Source of the DNA: Alphaproteobacteria bacterium
GTDB lineage: Bacteria > Pseudomonadota > Alphaproteobacteria > GCA-2731375
Direction of reading: 5' to 3'
DNA: 64,000 nt
NCBI GenBank assembly: GCA_965225945.1
Contig: CBDDBZ010000018.1
Coordinates: 23,207-87,206, forward strand
Shown here: positions 1-9,312 of the stretch, piece after piece
Layout: the number at the start of each line of letters is the position of its first letter
Position numbering within the stretch: position 1 is the stretch's first letter
Translations under genes and position numbers: made by a program
The notes under the pieces: model-generated
Databases searched by the model: none
What the model saw: only the letters and a program-made list of their open reading frames with translations
Told to the model about the DNA's origin: nothing

Positions 1-1594
1 TCATCGCGGCGGCGTCGTTGAACAGGATCTTGAAGGTGATGGTGGACTCCGCCGCCACCGCCGCGCGGACCGCCATGATGCCGGAGTGGTAATAGGTGCC
101 GTCGCCCAGGTTGGCGAAGATGTGGTCCTCGTCGGTGAACGGTTCCTGCCCCAGCCATTGCACTCCCTCGCCGCCCATCTGGGAATAAAAGGTGGTGTCG
201 CGGTCCATCCAGATCGCCATGAAATGGCAGCCGATACCGGCGATCGCGCGGCTGCCGTCGGGTACCTTGGTGGAGGTATTGTGCGGACAGCCGGAGCAGA
301 AATAGGGCATCCGCTCGATCGGCGCCTTGGCCCCCCGCCGGCCCTCCTTGGCGTCGAGTTCGGCGATCCGCTCCGCCATTGCCGGCGTCGGCTCGATCCC
401 GAGACCCCGAATTCGAGCCACGATGACACGGGCGACCAGCGCCGGCGACAGCTCGCCCTGCGCCGGCAACAGCCATTCGCCTTCCTCGTCGAATTTGCCG
501 ACCACCCGGGGGCGGACGTCGGGCCGCCAGTTGTAGAGTTGCTCCTTCAACTGGTTCTCGATGACCGCCCGCTTCTCCTCGATGACGACGACTTCCGCCA
601 GTCCCTCGGCGAAGGCGCGAATCCCGTCGCGCTCCAGCGGCCAGGGCATGCCGACCTTGTAGACCCGCAGGCCGAGTTCCGCCGCCGTCGCCTCGTCGAG
701 GCCGAGATCGTCGAGCGCTTGGCGAACGTCGAGATAAGCCTTTCCCGAGCCGACGATGCCGAGCCGCGCCCTCGGGCTGTCGATCACCACCCGGTCGATT
801 TTGTTCGCCCGCGCCAGCGCCAGCGCCGCATAGACCTTGTGGCGCTGTAGGCGGACCTCTTGCGACCAGCGGTCGTCCGGCCAGCGGATGTTGAGCCCGC
901 CCTCCGGCATCTCGAAGTCGTCGGGGTGGTGGATCGCCATGGCTTCGGGATCGACGGTGACGGAGGCCGAACTCTCGACCAGTTCTGTCACCGCCTTCAA
1001 GCCGACCCAGCAACCGGAATAGCGCGACATCTCCCAGCCGAGGAGGCCGTAGTCGAGATAGTCCTGCACGCTGGCCGGCGACAGCACGGGCATCATGTAG
1101 CTCGCCATCAGATGCTCGCTTTGATGCGGCACCGTCGAGGAGACGGCGTTGTGATCGTCGCCAATAAGCGCCAACACGCCGCCCAAGGGCGCGGTGCCGG
1201 AGACGTTGGCGTGGCGGAAGACGTCGCCGCAGCGATCGACCCCCGGCCCCTTGCCGTACCAGATGGCGAACACGCCGTCGTATTTGGCTTTGGGACCGAA
1301 GCCGAGCTGCTGCGTGCCCCAGACCGCCGTCGCCGCCAGCTCCTCGTTGACGCCGGGATTGAAGGTGATGTGGTTGGCGTCGAGGAATTTGCTTGCCCGC
1401 CAGAGATTGAGGTCGTAGGCGGCAAGGGGCGAGCCGCGATAGCCGGAGATGTAGCCGGCGGTGTTCAGACCCCGGGCGAGGTCGCGTTGGCGCTGCATGA
1501 TCGGCAGGCGGATCAGCGCCTGAATGCCGGTGAGATAGACCCGTCCTCGCTCCAACGCGTATTTATCGTCGAGCGTCACGGCGGCGAGCGTCAT
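1..1594 (-). CDS. Indolepyruvate ferredoxin oxidoreductase family protein (5' part; runs off the left edge)
   Basis: Manual translation from ATG at 1594 gives MTLAAVTLDDKYALERGRVYLTGIQALIRLP..GYISGYRGSPL..WYGKGPGVDR. AGGAGGT RBS upstream. Missing from the ORF track because no stop lies in the window. Confidence 0.9.
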   Translation of the reverse strand, partial: MTLAAVTLDDKYALERGRVYLTGIQALIRLPIMQRQRDLARGLNTAGYISGYRGSPLAAYDLNLWRASKFLDANHITFNPGVNEELAATAVWGTQQLGFGPKAKYDGVFAIWYGKGPGVDRCGDVFRHANVSGTAPLGGVLALIGDDHNAVSSTVPHQSEHLMASYMMPVLSPASVQDYLDYGLLGWEMSRYSGCWVGLKAVTELVESSASVTVDPEAMAIHHPDDFEMPEGGLNIRWPDDRWSQEVRLQRHKVYAALALARANKIDRVVIDSPRARLGIVGSGKAYLDVRQALDDLGLDEATAAELGLRVYKVGMPWPLERDGIRAFAEGLAEVVVIEEKRAVIENQLKEQLYNWRPDVRPRVVGKFDEEGEWLLPAQGELSPALVARVIVARIRGLGIEPTPAMAERIAELDAKEGRRGAKAPIERMPYFCSGCPHNTSTKVPDGSRAIAGIGCHFMAIWMDRDTTFYSQMGGEGVQWLGQEPFTDEDHIFANLGDGTYYHSGIMAVRAAVAAESTITFKILFNDAAAM

Positions 1595-1665
1595 GGGACA
1601 CCTCCTATTAGGCGAGCGCTAGAGGCGACGGTGAAAAGGTGGGACATAGCGTGCGGAAGTGCAAG

Positions 1666-3144
1666 TCACGCCTCGCGCGTATGGCCGGAACCGAAGCCTC
1701 GGGACTCGATGCCGTACTCGCGGATCTTGCGGTACAGGGTGGAACGGCCGATCCCGAGACGGCGCGCGACTTCCGACATGTGGCCGCGATGGCGCTGAAT
1801 CGCCAAACGGATCAGCTCCGCCTCGATGTCGTCGAGCGGGCGCAATTCGCCAGCCTCGTCCAGGACGCGGATCGCGAGGGAAGCGCCGGCGTCGGTCGCA
1901 GCCCGGTCGGGCGCCGCGATCTCGGCGGTCGCGAGCGGTTCATCGACCAGCGGTGGAATCGCGATCGGCGCCGCGTTCTGGGCCGCCGGCAGTTGCAGCA
2001 AATCCGCCAGCTCCACCCTGAGACCGTCCGCCAGCACCACCGCGCGGTAGATCATGTTCTCCAACTGGCGGACGTTGCCGGGCCAGTCATAGCTCACGAG
2101 TCGCGCCATCGCTTCCGGCGCGATGTCGTCGATATCCTTGCGCTCCGAGGCGGCGAAGGTCGAAACGAAGTGATCGACCAGGGCTGGAATATCTTCTCGA
2201 CGCTCGCGCAACGGCGGCACGTCGATCGGGAAGACGTTGAGGCGGTAATAGAGGTCCTCTCGGAACGCACCCTCCCGCACCCGCTCGGCGAGATCCCGAT
2301 TGGTGGCCGAAATCAAGCGCACGTCGATCTTCACCGGCTGCTTGCCGCCCACCAGGTCGATCTCCGATTCCTGCAGGGCGCGAAGCAGTTTGACCTGGAT
2401 GTCGGGGCGCAACTCGCCGATCTCGTCCAGGAACAGGGTGCCGCCATCGGCTTCCTGGAACTTTCCGACATGGCGATTGCTCGCCCCGGTGAAGGATCCC
2501 TTCTCGTGGCCGAAGAGGATGCTTTCCACCAGGTTTTCAGGAATCGCCCCGCAGTTGACGGCGACGAAGGGTTTGCCCGCCCGCTCGCTCGAGCCCTGGA
2601 TCGAGCGCGCCACTATCTCCTTGCCGACACCGCTCTCGCCCTCGATCAGCACCGCGATGTTGGAGGCGGCGGCGCGGCCGGCGAGGTCGCCGACCCGGCG
2701 CATGGCCGGACTGTCGCCGACGAGATCGCGAAAGATCGTCTCGCCTTCGCCGCGCCGCGCAAGGCGCGAAACCTGCCCCGTGAGCGCGTTCAGGCGCGCC
2801 GCGTTGGCGACGGCGATGCCGACCCGCCCGGCGCTCGCCGGAAGCTCGACGACGTCGGCGGCGCCAGCCTCGGCGAGCGCGGCGATCGCCTGGTCGTCTC
2901 GATCGCTCGAGAGGGCGACGACGGGCAATTCCGGCCGCATGGCGCGGAGCGCCTCGATGCTGTCGATCTGGCCGGCCGAATCGCCGCCACAGGCCAGCAG
3001 CACGAGATCAGGCGTGGCACCCGCCTCGAGCAGCTCGCCCGCCGCCTCCAGGTCCGCGACCGCGCTCAAGGCACAGCCCTGACCGTGGAGCGCCGTCAGG
3101 ATGTTGCTCGGAGCCTCGCCGATCAGCAGAATGTCGTGCGACAT
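1666..3144 (-). CDS. Sigma-54-dependent transcriptional activator (degenerate receiver + AAA+ + Fis HTH)
   Basis: GESGVGKE Walker A, GSFTGA, FLDEIGE, FREDLYYRLNV, WPGNVRQLEN, C-terminal ARRLGIGRSTLYRK. Confidence 0.93.
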   Translation of the reverse strand: MSHDILLIGEAPSNILTALHGQGCALSAVADLEAAGELLEAGATPDLVLLACGGDSAGQIDSIEALRAMRPELPVVALSSDRDDQAIAALAEAGAADVVELPASAGRVGIAVANAARLNALTGQVSRLARRGEGETIFRDLVGDSPAMRRVGDLAGRAAASNIAVLIEGESGVGKEIVARSIQGSSERAGKPFVAVNCGAIPENLVESILFGHEKGSFTGASNRHVGKFQEADGGTLFLDEIGELRPDIQVKLLRALQESEIDLVGGKQPVKIDVRLISATNRDLAERVREGAFREDLYYRLNVFPIDVPPLRERREDIPALVDHFVSTFAASERKDIDDIAPEAMARLVSYDWPGNVRQLENMIYRAVVLADGLRVELADLLQLPAAQNAAPIAIPPLVDEPLATAEIAAPDRAATDAGASLAIRVLDEAGELRPLDDIEAELIRLAIQRHRGHMSEVARRLGIGRSTLYRKIREYGIESRGFGSGHTREA

Positions 3145-3264
3145 GATGGGACAATGTTATCACCCGTCCCAAATCGGCACAATCGCAACGGGAACGAATC
3201 GCCACGCGATGCTGTCACAAGCGCCGCCCGCCGGCTAGAATTCAACCGTTTGGGGGCGGAAACC

Positions 3265-3819
3265 ATGGTCGACCTGGGAAGCACCGACATAGCGGACGTA
3301 AAACTGCTGCGCCCCGCACGGCATGGCGATTCGCGTGGCTGGCTCTCGGAGCTCTGGGCCCACGCGAGCTTCGCCGGGGCCGGGCTCGATCACACTTTCC
3401 AACAGGACAACCTCGCCCACAGCGACAAGGCGGCGACTCTCAGGGGGCTTCACTTTCAGCGTTCGCCAATGGCGCAGGGCAAGCTCGTCGCCGTCTTGAG
3501 CGGGGCGATCCAGGACGTGGCCGTCGATCTGAGAGCCGACTCACCGACCCGGGGCCGGCATGTCTCCATCACTCTATCGGCCCGCGAAGGCGATTCGATC
3601 TGGGTGCCGCCCGGCTTCGCCCACGGCTATTGCACCCTCGGCGACGACACCTTGGTGCTCTACAAGTTGACGGCGCCCTACGCGCCCGAACTCGAGGGCG
3701 GCATCGCCTTCGACGATCCCGACCTCGACATCGAATGGGCCTACGACAGCGCCGACCTGATCATGTCCGATCGCGATCGCCACTGGCCCCGGCTGCGCGA
3801 CCTGGACGCCTCGCCATGA
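3265..3819 (+). CDS. rfbC: dTDP-4-dehydrorhamnose 3,5-epimerase
   Basis: DSRGW, LRGLHFQ, QGKLV, DVAVDLR, WVPPGFAHGY. ATG at 3265 is in the frame of the 1639..3819 ORF. Confidence 0.93.
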   Translation: MVDLGSTDIADVKLLRPARHGDSRGWLSELWAHASFAGAGLDHTFQQDNLAHSDKAATLRGLHFQRSPMAQGKLVAVLSGAIQDVAVDLRADSPTRGRHVSITLSAREGDSIWVPPGFAHGYCTLGDDTLVLYKLTAPYAPELEGGIAFDDPDLDIEWAYDSADLIMSDRDRHWPRLRDLDASP

Positions 3820-4880
3820 GGTGGCTGGTCACCGGCGGCGCCGGCTTCGTCGGCTCGGCCTTCGTTCGCGCGGCGCTTCGTGCCGAGGCCGAGGTGATCA
3901 GCCTCGACAAGCTGACTTACGCGGGCAGCCTCGACAATCTGGACGCGGTCATGGAAGCGCCGGGCCATGTCTTTCAACCGGGCGACATCGGTGATGCGGA
4001 TCTGCTGGAGAGGCTCTTCGGCGAACACGCGCCGGACGCGGTGGTGAACCTGGCAGCGGAAACCCATGTCGACAGATCGATCGATTCCGCCCGCCCATTC
4101 GTGGAAACCAACGTGCTCGGCCTCGGCGCGCTGCTGGACGCGACGACGCGCCATTGGCGAGGCCTCGGCAAAGCCGATCGGGCGGCGTTTCGCTTTCTTC
4201 AGGTCTCCACGGACGAGGTCTTCGGCGCCCTGGGCGAGGAAGGCGCCTTCGACGAAGAGAGCCCGTTCCGGCCGCGCTCGCCCTATGCCGCCAGCAAGGC
4301 CGCCGGCGACCATCTGGTCCAGGCCTTCCACCACACCCACGGTCTGCCCACGCTCGCGACCCACTCCGGCAACAACCTCGGGCCCCGGCAGTTTCCGGAG
4401 AAGTTGCTGCCGCTGATGATCCTGAACGCCCGCGAGGGCCGCCCGCTGCCGCTCTATGGCGACGGCCGACAGGTGCGGGACTGGATCCACGTCGAGGATC
4501 ACGCCAGCGCCCTGATCCGGGTCCTGGCGCGGGGACGCGTCGGCGAGCGCTACCTGATCGGCGCGCGCCGGGAATGGCACAACGTCGATCTGATCCGGCG
4601 CCTGACCGAGATCCTGGACGAGATGCTGCCGAACTCGACCCATCGCCCGCACGGCCGGCTGATCGAGTTCGTCGCCGACCGGCCCGGCCACGATCGCCGC
4701 TATGCCGTCGATCCGTCCAAGCTGGAGCGCGAAACGGGTTGGCGGGCCCGCGTCGACATGGAGGACGGCCTGCGGCGGACGGTTACCTGGTACCTCGAGA
4801 ACGAGGATTGGTGCCGGCGTGCCCGCGCCCGCTACGACGGCGCCCGCCTCGGCATGGCCTCGGCGGAGCTCGCGAGTTGA
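3816..4880 (+). CDS. rfbB: dTDP-glucose 4,6-dehydratase
   Basis: VTGGAGFVGS, DKLTYAG, AAETHVDRSI, STDEVFG, YAASK, DRPGHDRRYA. ATGA overlap with rfbC. Confidence 0.95.
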   Translation: MRWLVTGGAGFVGSAFVRAALRAEAEVISLDKLTYAGSLDNLDAVMEAPGHVFQPGDIGDADLLERLFGEHAPDAVVNLAAETHVDRSIDSARPFVETNVLGLGALLDATTRHWRGLGKADRAAFRFLQVSTDEVFGALGEEGAFDEESPFRPRSPYAASKAAGDHLVQAFHHTHGLPTLATHSGNNLGPRQFPEKLLPLMILNAREGRPLPLYGDGRQVRDWIHVEDHASALIRVLARGRVGERYLIGARREWHNVDLIRRLTEILDEMLPNSTHRPHGRLIEFVADRPGHDRRYAVDPSKLERETGWRARVDMEDGLRRTVTWYLENEDWCRRARARYDGARLGMASAELAS

Positions 4881-5740
4881 GGCTGCTCGTCACCGGCGCC
4901 GGCGGTCAGGTCGGCGGCGCGCTCGCCGCCATGGCACCCTGCCTGGCGCTGACCAGGGCCGAGCTCGATGTCACCGATGCGGCCCGGGTCGACCGCGTGG
5001 TGGGGGGGGAGCGGCCCGAGGTGATCGTCAATTGCGCCGCCTATACCGACGTCGACCGCGCCGAGGACGAACCGGCGCTCGCCGAGGCAGTCAATCGCGA
5101 CGGCCCCGCCCATCTGGCGGCGGCGGCGGATCGCGTCGGCGCGGCGCTGGTCCAGCTTTCCACCGATTTCGTCTTCGATGGAGAGAAGGGCTCGGACTAC
5201 CATGAGAGCGACGCGCCGAGACCGCTCAACACCTATGGACGAAGCAAGCTCGCGGGCGAACGCGCGGTGCGCGATGCCACGCGGCGCCATGTCGTACTGC
5301 GCACGGCGTGGGTGTTCGCGCCCAGGGGGAGGAATTTCGTCCTGACGATGCGCCGCCTGGCCGACCAAGGTCGACGGGAGATTTCGGTGGTCGCCGACCA
5401 GTTCGGCGGGCCGACGGCGGCCGACGATATCGCCCGGGCGGCGCTGGCCATCGCGGAGGTGGTTCGGGGCCAGGGCTTCGAAGACTGGGGCGTCTATCAC
5501 TTCAGCGGCCGCCCGGCGGTGAGTTGGCATGGCTTCGCCCGCGCGATACTGGCCGATCGGCCGGAGGTTCGGGTGTCGGCGATTGGTAGCGAGGCGTGGC
5601 CGACGCGGGCGCGACGGCCCGGCCGCGTGGTGCTGGGGGGCGATCGCATCGTCGCCGTCTTCGGGCTTCGAGCGCCCGATTGGCGTCCCGCCCTCGACGC
5701 GACGCTCGCCCGGATCGAGGCGGAGGGGCATTCACCCTGA
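4877..5740 (+). CDS. rfbD: dTDP-4-dehydrorhamnose reductase
   Basis: LLVTGAGGQVG, NCAAYTDVD, STDFVFDG, YGRSKLAGE, VADQFGGPT. TTG start overlaps the rfbB stop. Confidence 0.92.
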   Translation: MRLLVTGAGGQVGGALAAMAPCLALTRAELDVTDAARVDRVVGGERPEVIVNCAAYTDVDRAEDEPALAEAVNRDGPAHLAAAADRVGAALVQLSTDFVFDGEKGSDYHESDAPRPLNTYGRSKLAGERAVRDATRRHVVLRTAWVFAPRGRNFVLTMRRLADQGRREISVVADQFGGPTAADDIARAALAIAEVVRGQGFEDWGVYHFSGRPAVSWHGFARAILADRPEVRVSAIGSEAWPTRARRPGRVVLGGDRIVAVFGLRAPDWRPALDATLARIEAEGHSP

Positions 5741-5762
5741 CCGCCCGCCGGGTCGGTTGCCA

Positions 5763-6638
5763 TCAGCCCCGCGCTTCCTTCGCGGCCGCCTCGCGGACGA
5801 GGAAATCCACGATCATCGGGATGGTGCGGCGATTGCCGTAGACGTCGTGCCCGGAGCCACCCCGCAAGACGACCGAGCGCGAGCGGGGCCGATTGCCGAT
5901 GAAGGCGCCGCAGTCCCCCGCCTGGCCGGGCGTGCGCTGGGCGGTGTACCAGGGATCGTCGCCCCGCACGATCGCCAAGACCGGTTCGTTCGGCTGCGCC
6001 ATCAGGCCGCTGACGAGGGGCGAGCCATGACAGGTCCACTGAGTCACGACGCGGGCACGGAAGGCGTAGCCCCGGTAGATCGCCGTCGCCACGCCGCCTT
6101 CCGAGGTGCCGTAAAGGAAGAGGCGACGGCGATCGACCCAGGGCAGCGTTTTGATCCGATGCAGCGCATAGGAGATCTCGGTCTGGCGGAAGTCGTAGAC
6201 GAATACGTTCCGCCCCCCGCTCTGTCGCCAGACGCTGCATTGCAACGGCCGATAGCGGCGCGCGAAACTGTCCGGCGCGATCACGGCGAAGCCGCGCGCC
6301 GCCAACGCGCGCAGCACCTTCACCGAGCCGATGCCGTTGCAGCCGTGCATGTAGACGACGGTCGGGTAGCTGAGCTTCGGGCCCAGGGCCAGGCGGTCGC
6401 GGAGTTCCGGCGCGTTCATGCGCGTGGCTATCGGCGCGCCACCGGCGAGGCCCGGCAGCAGGACGACGGCGTTGTCGAAGGTGCGCGCGATGTCGCTCTC
6501 GGCCTCGAGCGGGTCACCGACGATCGACAACTCGTTCTCGTCGACCAGGTTCGGCACGCAGCCGGCGAGAATCTGCACGGCAGCGAGCGCCGCCGGGATG
6601 GCGAGCCGCCACCGAGCCTCGGGCCCGGCGCCGGTCAT
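5763..6638 (-). CDS. Alpha/beta-hydrolase (dienelactone hydrolase-like) lipoprotein
   Basis: Signal peptide with LAGC lipobox, YMHGCNG, GTSEGG nucleophile elbow. Start overlaps the ispE stop. Confidence 0.7.
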   Translation of the reverse strand: MTGAGPEARWRLAIPAALAAVQILAGCVPNLVDENELSIVGDPLEAESDIARTFDNAVVLLPGLAGGAPIATRMNAPELRDRLALGPKLSYPTVVYMHGCNGIGSVKVLRALAARGFAVIAPDSFARRYRPLQCSVWRQSGGRNVFVYDFRQTEISYALHRIKTLPWVDRRRLFLYGTSEGGVATAIYRGYAFRARVVTQWTCHGSPLVSGLMAQPNEPVLAIVRGDDPWYTAQRTPGQAGDCGAFIGNRPRSRSVVLRGGSGHDVYGNRRTIPMIVDFLVREAAAKEARG

Positions 6639-7522
6639 GGCGCGGCCTCCCCCGCGCTCGTCGTCGCCAGCGCCGTCGCGACGCACCACCACCCAGGACG
6701 CTCGGCGGCCAGCCGGTCTCGCGCCGCCCGGGCGCTGCCTGAGGTTTCGAAGAGCGCGAAACAGGTGGCGCCGCTGCCGCTCATCCGCGCCAGCAGAACG
6801 TCCGGCGCCGTGCGCAGTCGCGACAATACCTCGTCCACGACCGGCGCCAAGCGGATCGCCGGCACCTCCAGATCGTTGCCGAGCGGACGCAGCCATTCCG
6901 CCAGGTCCCGCGCGGTGGCGAACCCGGGCGACTCGGGCGCCGGTCTCGACCATGCGCCGTCGGCTGCGCGGAACACCTCGGCCGTGGCCAGTCCGACGCC
7001 GGGATTGACCACCAGCACGGCGACCGGCGGAAGCCCGCGCAAGCGCGCCAACCGCTCGCCGACGCCGCCGATGCGCACCGCCTCGGGCTGGGCCAGGCAG
7101 GCCGGCACGTCCGCGCCCAAGGCGATGGCGAGGCGGGCCAGCGCCGCCTCGCCGAGGTTCAAGTTCCAAAGCGTATCGAGCGCCCGAAGCGTCGCCGCCG
7201 CATCCGACGAACCGCCGCCGAGGCCCGCGCTCGGCGGCAGGTTCTTCTCCACTTTCAGCGCCGCCCGACGTGCACCGTCGAGCGCGCCGGCGGCGCGCAG
7301 CATCAGGTCGTCCTCGTCCCGCGCGAGGCTGGCGGCGAGCCGCCGGGCGAAAGGTCCGGAGCGCGACAGCGTAAGCGTCGGCGACGAATGCGCCTCGACC
7401 CGATCGGCGAGGTCGGTAAAGACGATCAGGCTGTCCAATTCGTGATAGCCGTCCGGCCTTCGGCCGAGCACATGGAGAAACAAGTTCAGCTTGGCCCGCG
7501 CGAGCCGTCTGGCGACCGTCAC
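6635..7522 (-). CDS. ispE: 4-diphosphocytidyl-2-C-methyl-D-erythritol kinase
   Basis: AKLNLFLHV, DGYHELDSL, KNLPPSAGLGGGSSDAA, LGADVP, MSGSGATCF. Confidence 0.96.
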   Translation of the reverse strand: MTVARRLARAKLNLFLHVLGRRPDGYHELDSLIVFTDLADRVEAHSSPTLTLSRSGPFARRLAASLARDEDDLMLRAAGALDGARRAALKVEKNLPPSAGLGGGSSDAAATLRALDTLWNLNLGEAALARLAIALGADVPACLAQPEAVRIGGVGERLARLRGLPPVAVLVVNPGVGLATAEVFRAADGAWSRPAPESPGFATARDLAEWLRPLGNDLEVPAIRLAPVVDEVLSRLRTAPDVLLARMSGSGATCFALFETSGSARAARDRLAAERPGWWCVATALATTSAGEAAP

Positions 7523-7526
7523 GACG

Positions 7527-9284
7527 TCAGCCGTCGTTTCCGGCCTCGGCCCGCCTCAGGCCGCGCTCGAGCTTGTTCCGGATTATCGTGACTTGGTCTT
7601 CCTCGGGCTTCAACGCGAGCGCGTGGCTCCACTGGAATCGCGCCTCCAGCCGGCGACCGACACGCCAATAGGCGTCGCCCAGATGGTCGTTGATCACCGG
7701 GTCGTTCGGCCTGAGCTCGGCCGCCCGTTCCAGATGCTTGACCGCGTCGCCGTATTTGCCTCGCCGATAGAGCACCCAGCCGAGGCTGTCGACGATATAG
7801 CCGTCGTTCGGTCGCTGGGAAACCGCCTTCTCGATCATCTCCTGCGCCCGGTCGAGGTGGAGGCCCTGCTCGACCCAGGAATAGCCGAGATAATTCAGCA
7901 CCAAGGGATGATCGGGGCTGAGTTCGAGCGCCTTGAGGAAATCGGCCTCCGCGCGCGCCCACTTCTTGGTCCGTTCGAGCGCGATACCGCGCGCGTAGAA
8001 GAGAGACCAGTGGCGTTTCTCCGGATGCTCCAATCCGATGAGCGCGAGATCGTAAGCCTTGGCCGCGTCGACATAACGCTCGCGCGCCCTCAGCAGGTCG
8101 GCGAGCGCGATGACGGCGGAATTGTCCCGGGCGTCGTCGGCCACGATGGCCTGCAGGGCCGCGACCGCCTCGTCGAGTCGATCCAGCCGCTCGAGATTGA
8201 ACGCGATGCGGAGGCGGGAATCGCGATAGTAGGGCGAGCCGGGCTCGATCACGGCGAAGGCCTCGATCGCCTCTTCCCAACGGCGATCGGTCTCCAGTAT
8301 TTCGCCCAGCAAGATCCGCGCGTCGTCGAAGCCGGGCCGGAGGAAGAGCGCCAGGTTCGCGTACATCCGGGCCGCGTCGCGGCCCCGATCCTGCGCGAGC
8401 GCGGTCGCGGCGCCGAAGAAGGCCTCGGCCAATCCCTCGCGCACCGTCGTCGCCGTCGACCGCGGTCGGTCGCCGTCGTCGAGCATCGCGAGAGCACGGC
8501 GAATCGGCGGGTGGTTCGGGATCCTTTCGAGGAAATCCTCGAAGACCTTGCGCGCGCCCGCGGAATCGCCGAGCTTGGCGAGGATTGCACCGCGCGCCAA
8601 GGTGGCCGAGGAGGTGAGGCCCTGCTCCTCGTCGACTTGGGCCAGCACGTCTGCCGCGCCCTCGGCATCGCCGGCGACGTCGCGCATCAAGGCCAGGTGG
8701 TAGTCGCGGAAGGACCGGAAGCTGTCTCGCCGCTCCAACGGTTTCAGCGCCTGCTCCGCCGCCGCGATGTCACCCAGGCCGACCTTCATCCAGGCCAGCA
8801 TTAACGGCCTGAGTAGGGCCGCGAAGCCCTTGGCGCGCTGATCGATCAAGAACTTCTCGGCCTCGACGTAGCAATCGGCCCTGGCGTCGCGGGTGGCCAG
8901 CACCAGGCGGGCCAGTCCGGCGCCGCGGCCGTCGTCCACCAACTGTTCGGCGAGCTTGAAGGCCCGCGCATGGTCGCCCTTGGAAAGCGAGACCAGGAAG
9001 GTCCGCCGAATGAGCTGGTGGTTCTCCGGATCCTCGTTCAGAGCCAACTCGTAGAAATGCGCCGCGGCGTCGGTGTCGCGCGCGACCCGAGCGTGGCGCG
9101 CGGCCAAATAGTGGCCGAGGGCGGAATCGACCGGCTCCCCCTCGTCGGCGAAGGAACCGGCGCCCAGATTGCCGGCGCAGCCGGACAGGCTCGCCGTCAA
9201 GGTCAGGGCCATCGCCATCGCGCGAAGCGCGCGGGCGGCCTTTGGCGATCGCCGGTTCGGCGAGGCGTTCGGTGTTCGGCCCAT
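7527..9284 (-). CDS. Tetratricopeptide repeat (lipo)protein
   Basis: Multiple TPRs (VLNYLGYSW, YIVDSLGWVLY, INDHLGDAYW), LSGC lipobox-like motif, typical position upstream of ispE. Start uncertain. Confidence 0.88.
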   Translation of the reverse strand: MGRTPNASPNRRSPKAARALRAMAMALTLTASLSGCAGNLGAGSFADEGEPVDSALGHYLAARHARVARDTDAAAHFYELALNEDPENHQLIRRTFLVSLSKGDHARAFKLAEQLVDDGRGAGLARLVLATRDARADCYVEAEKFLIDQRAKGFAALLRPLMLAWMKVGLGDIAAAEQALKPLERRDSFRSFRDYHLALMRDVAGDAEGAADVLAQVDEEQGLTSSATLARGAILAKLGDSAGARKVFEDFLERIPNHPPIRRALAMLDDGDRPRSTATTVREGLAEAFFGAATALAQDRGRDAARMYANLALFLRPGFDDARILLGEILETDRRWEEAIEAFAVIEPGSPYYRDSRLRIAFNLERLDRLDEAVAALQAIVADDARDNSAVIALADLLRARERYVDAAKAYDLALIGLEHPEKRHWSLFYARGIALERTKKWARAEADFLKALELSPDHPLVLNYLGYSWVEQGLHLDRAQEMIEKAVSQRPNDGYIVDSLGWVLYRRGKYGDAVKHLERAAELRPNDPVINDHLGDAYWRVGRRLEARFQWSHALALKPEEDQVTIIRNKLERGLRRAEAGNDG

Positions 9285-9312
9285 GATCCAGACCCTGGTC
9301 TCGTTGCCACCG

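Noticed and set aside
1640-1690. Sigma-54 promoter for the oxidoreductase gene
   Set aside because: TTGC is present on the minus strand but the GG is not at the required 10-nt spacing
3265-5740. Missing rfbA as a novel pathway
   Set aside because: Split rml clusters are common; rfbA may lie elsewhere in the genome
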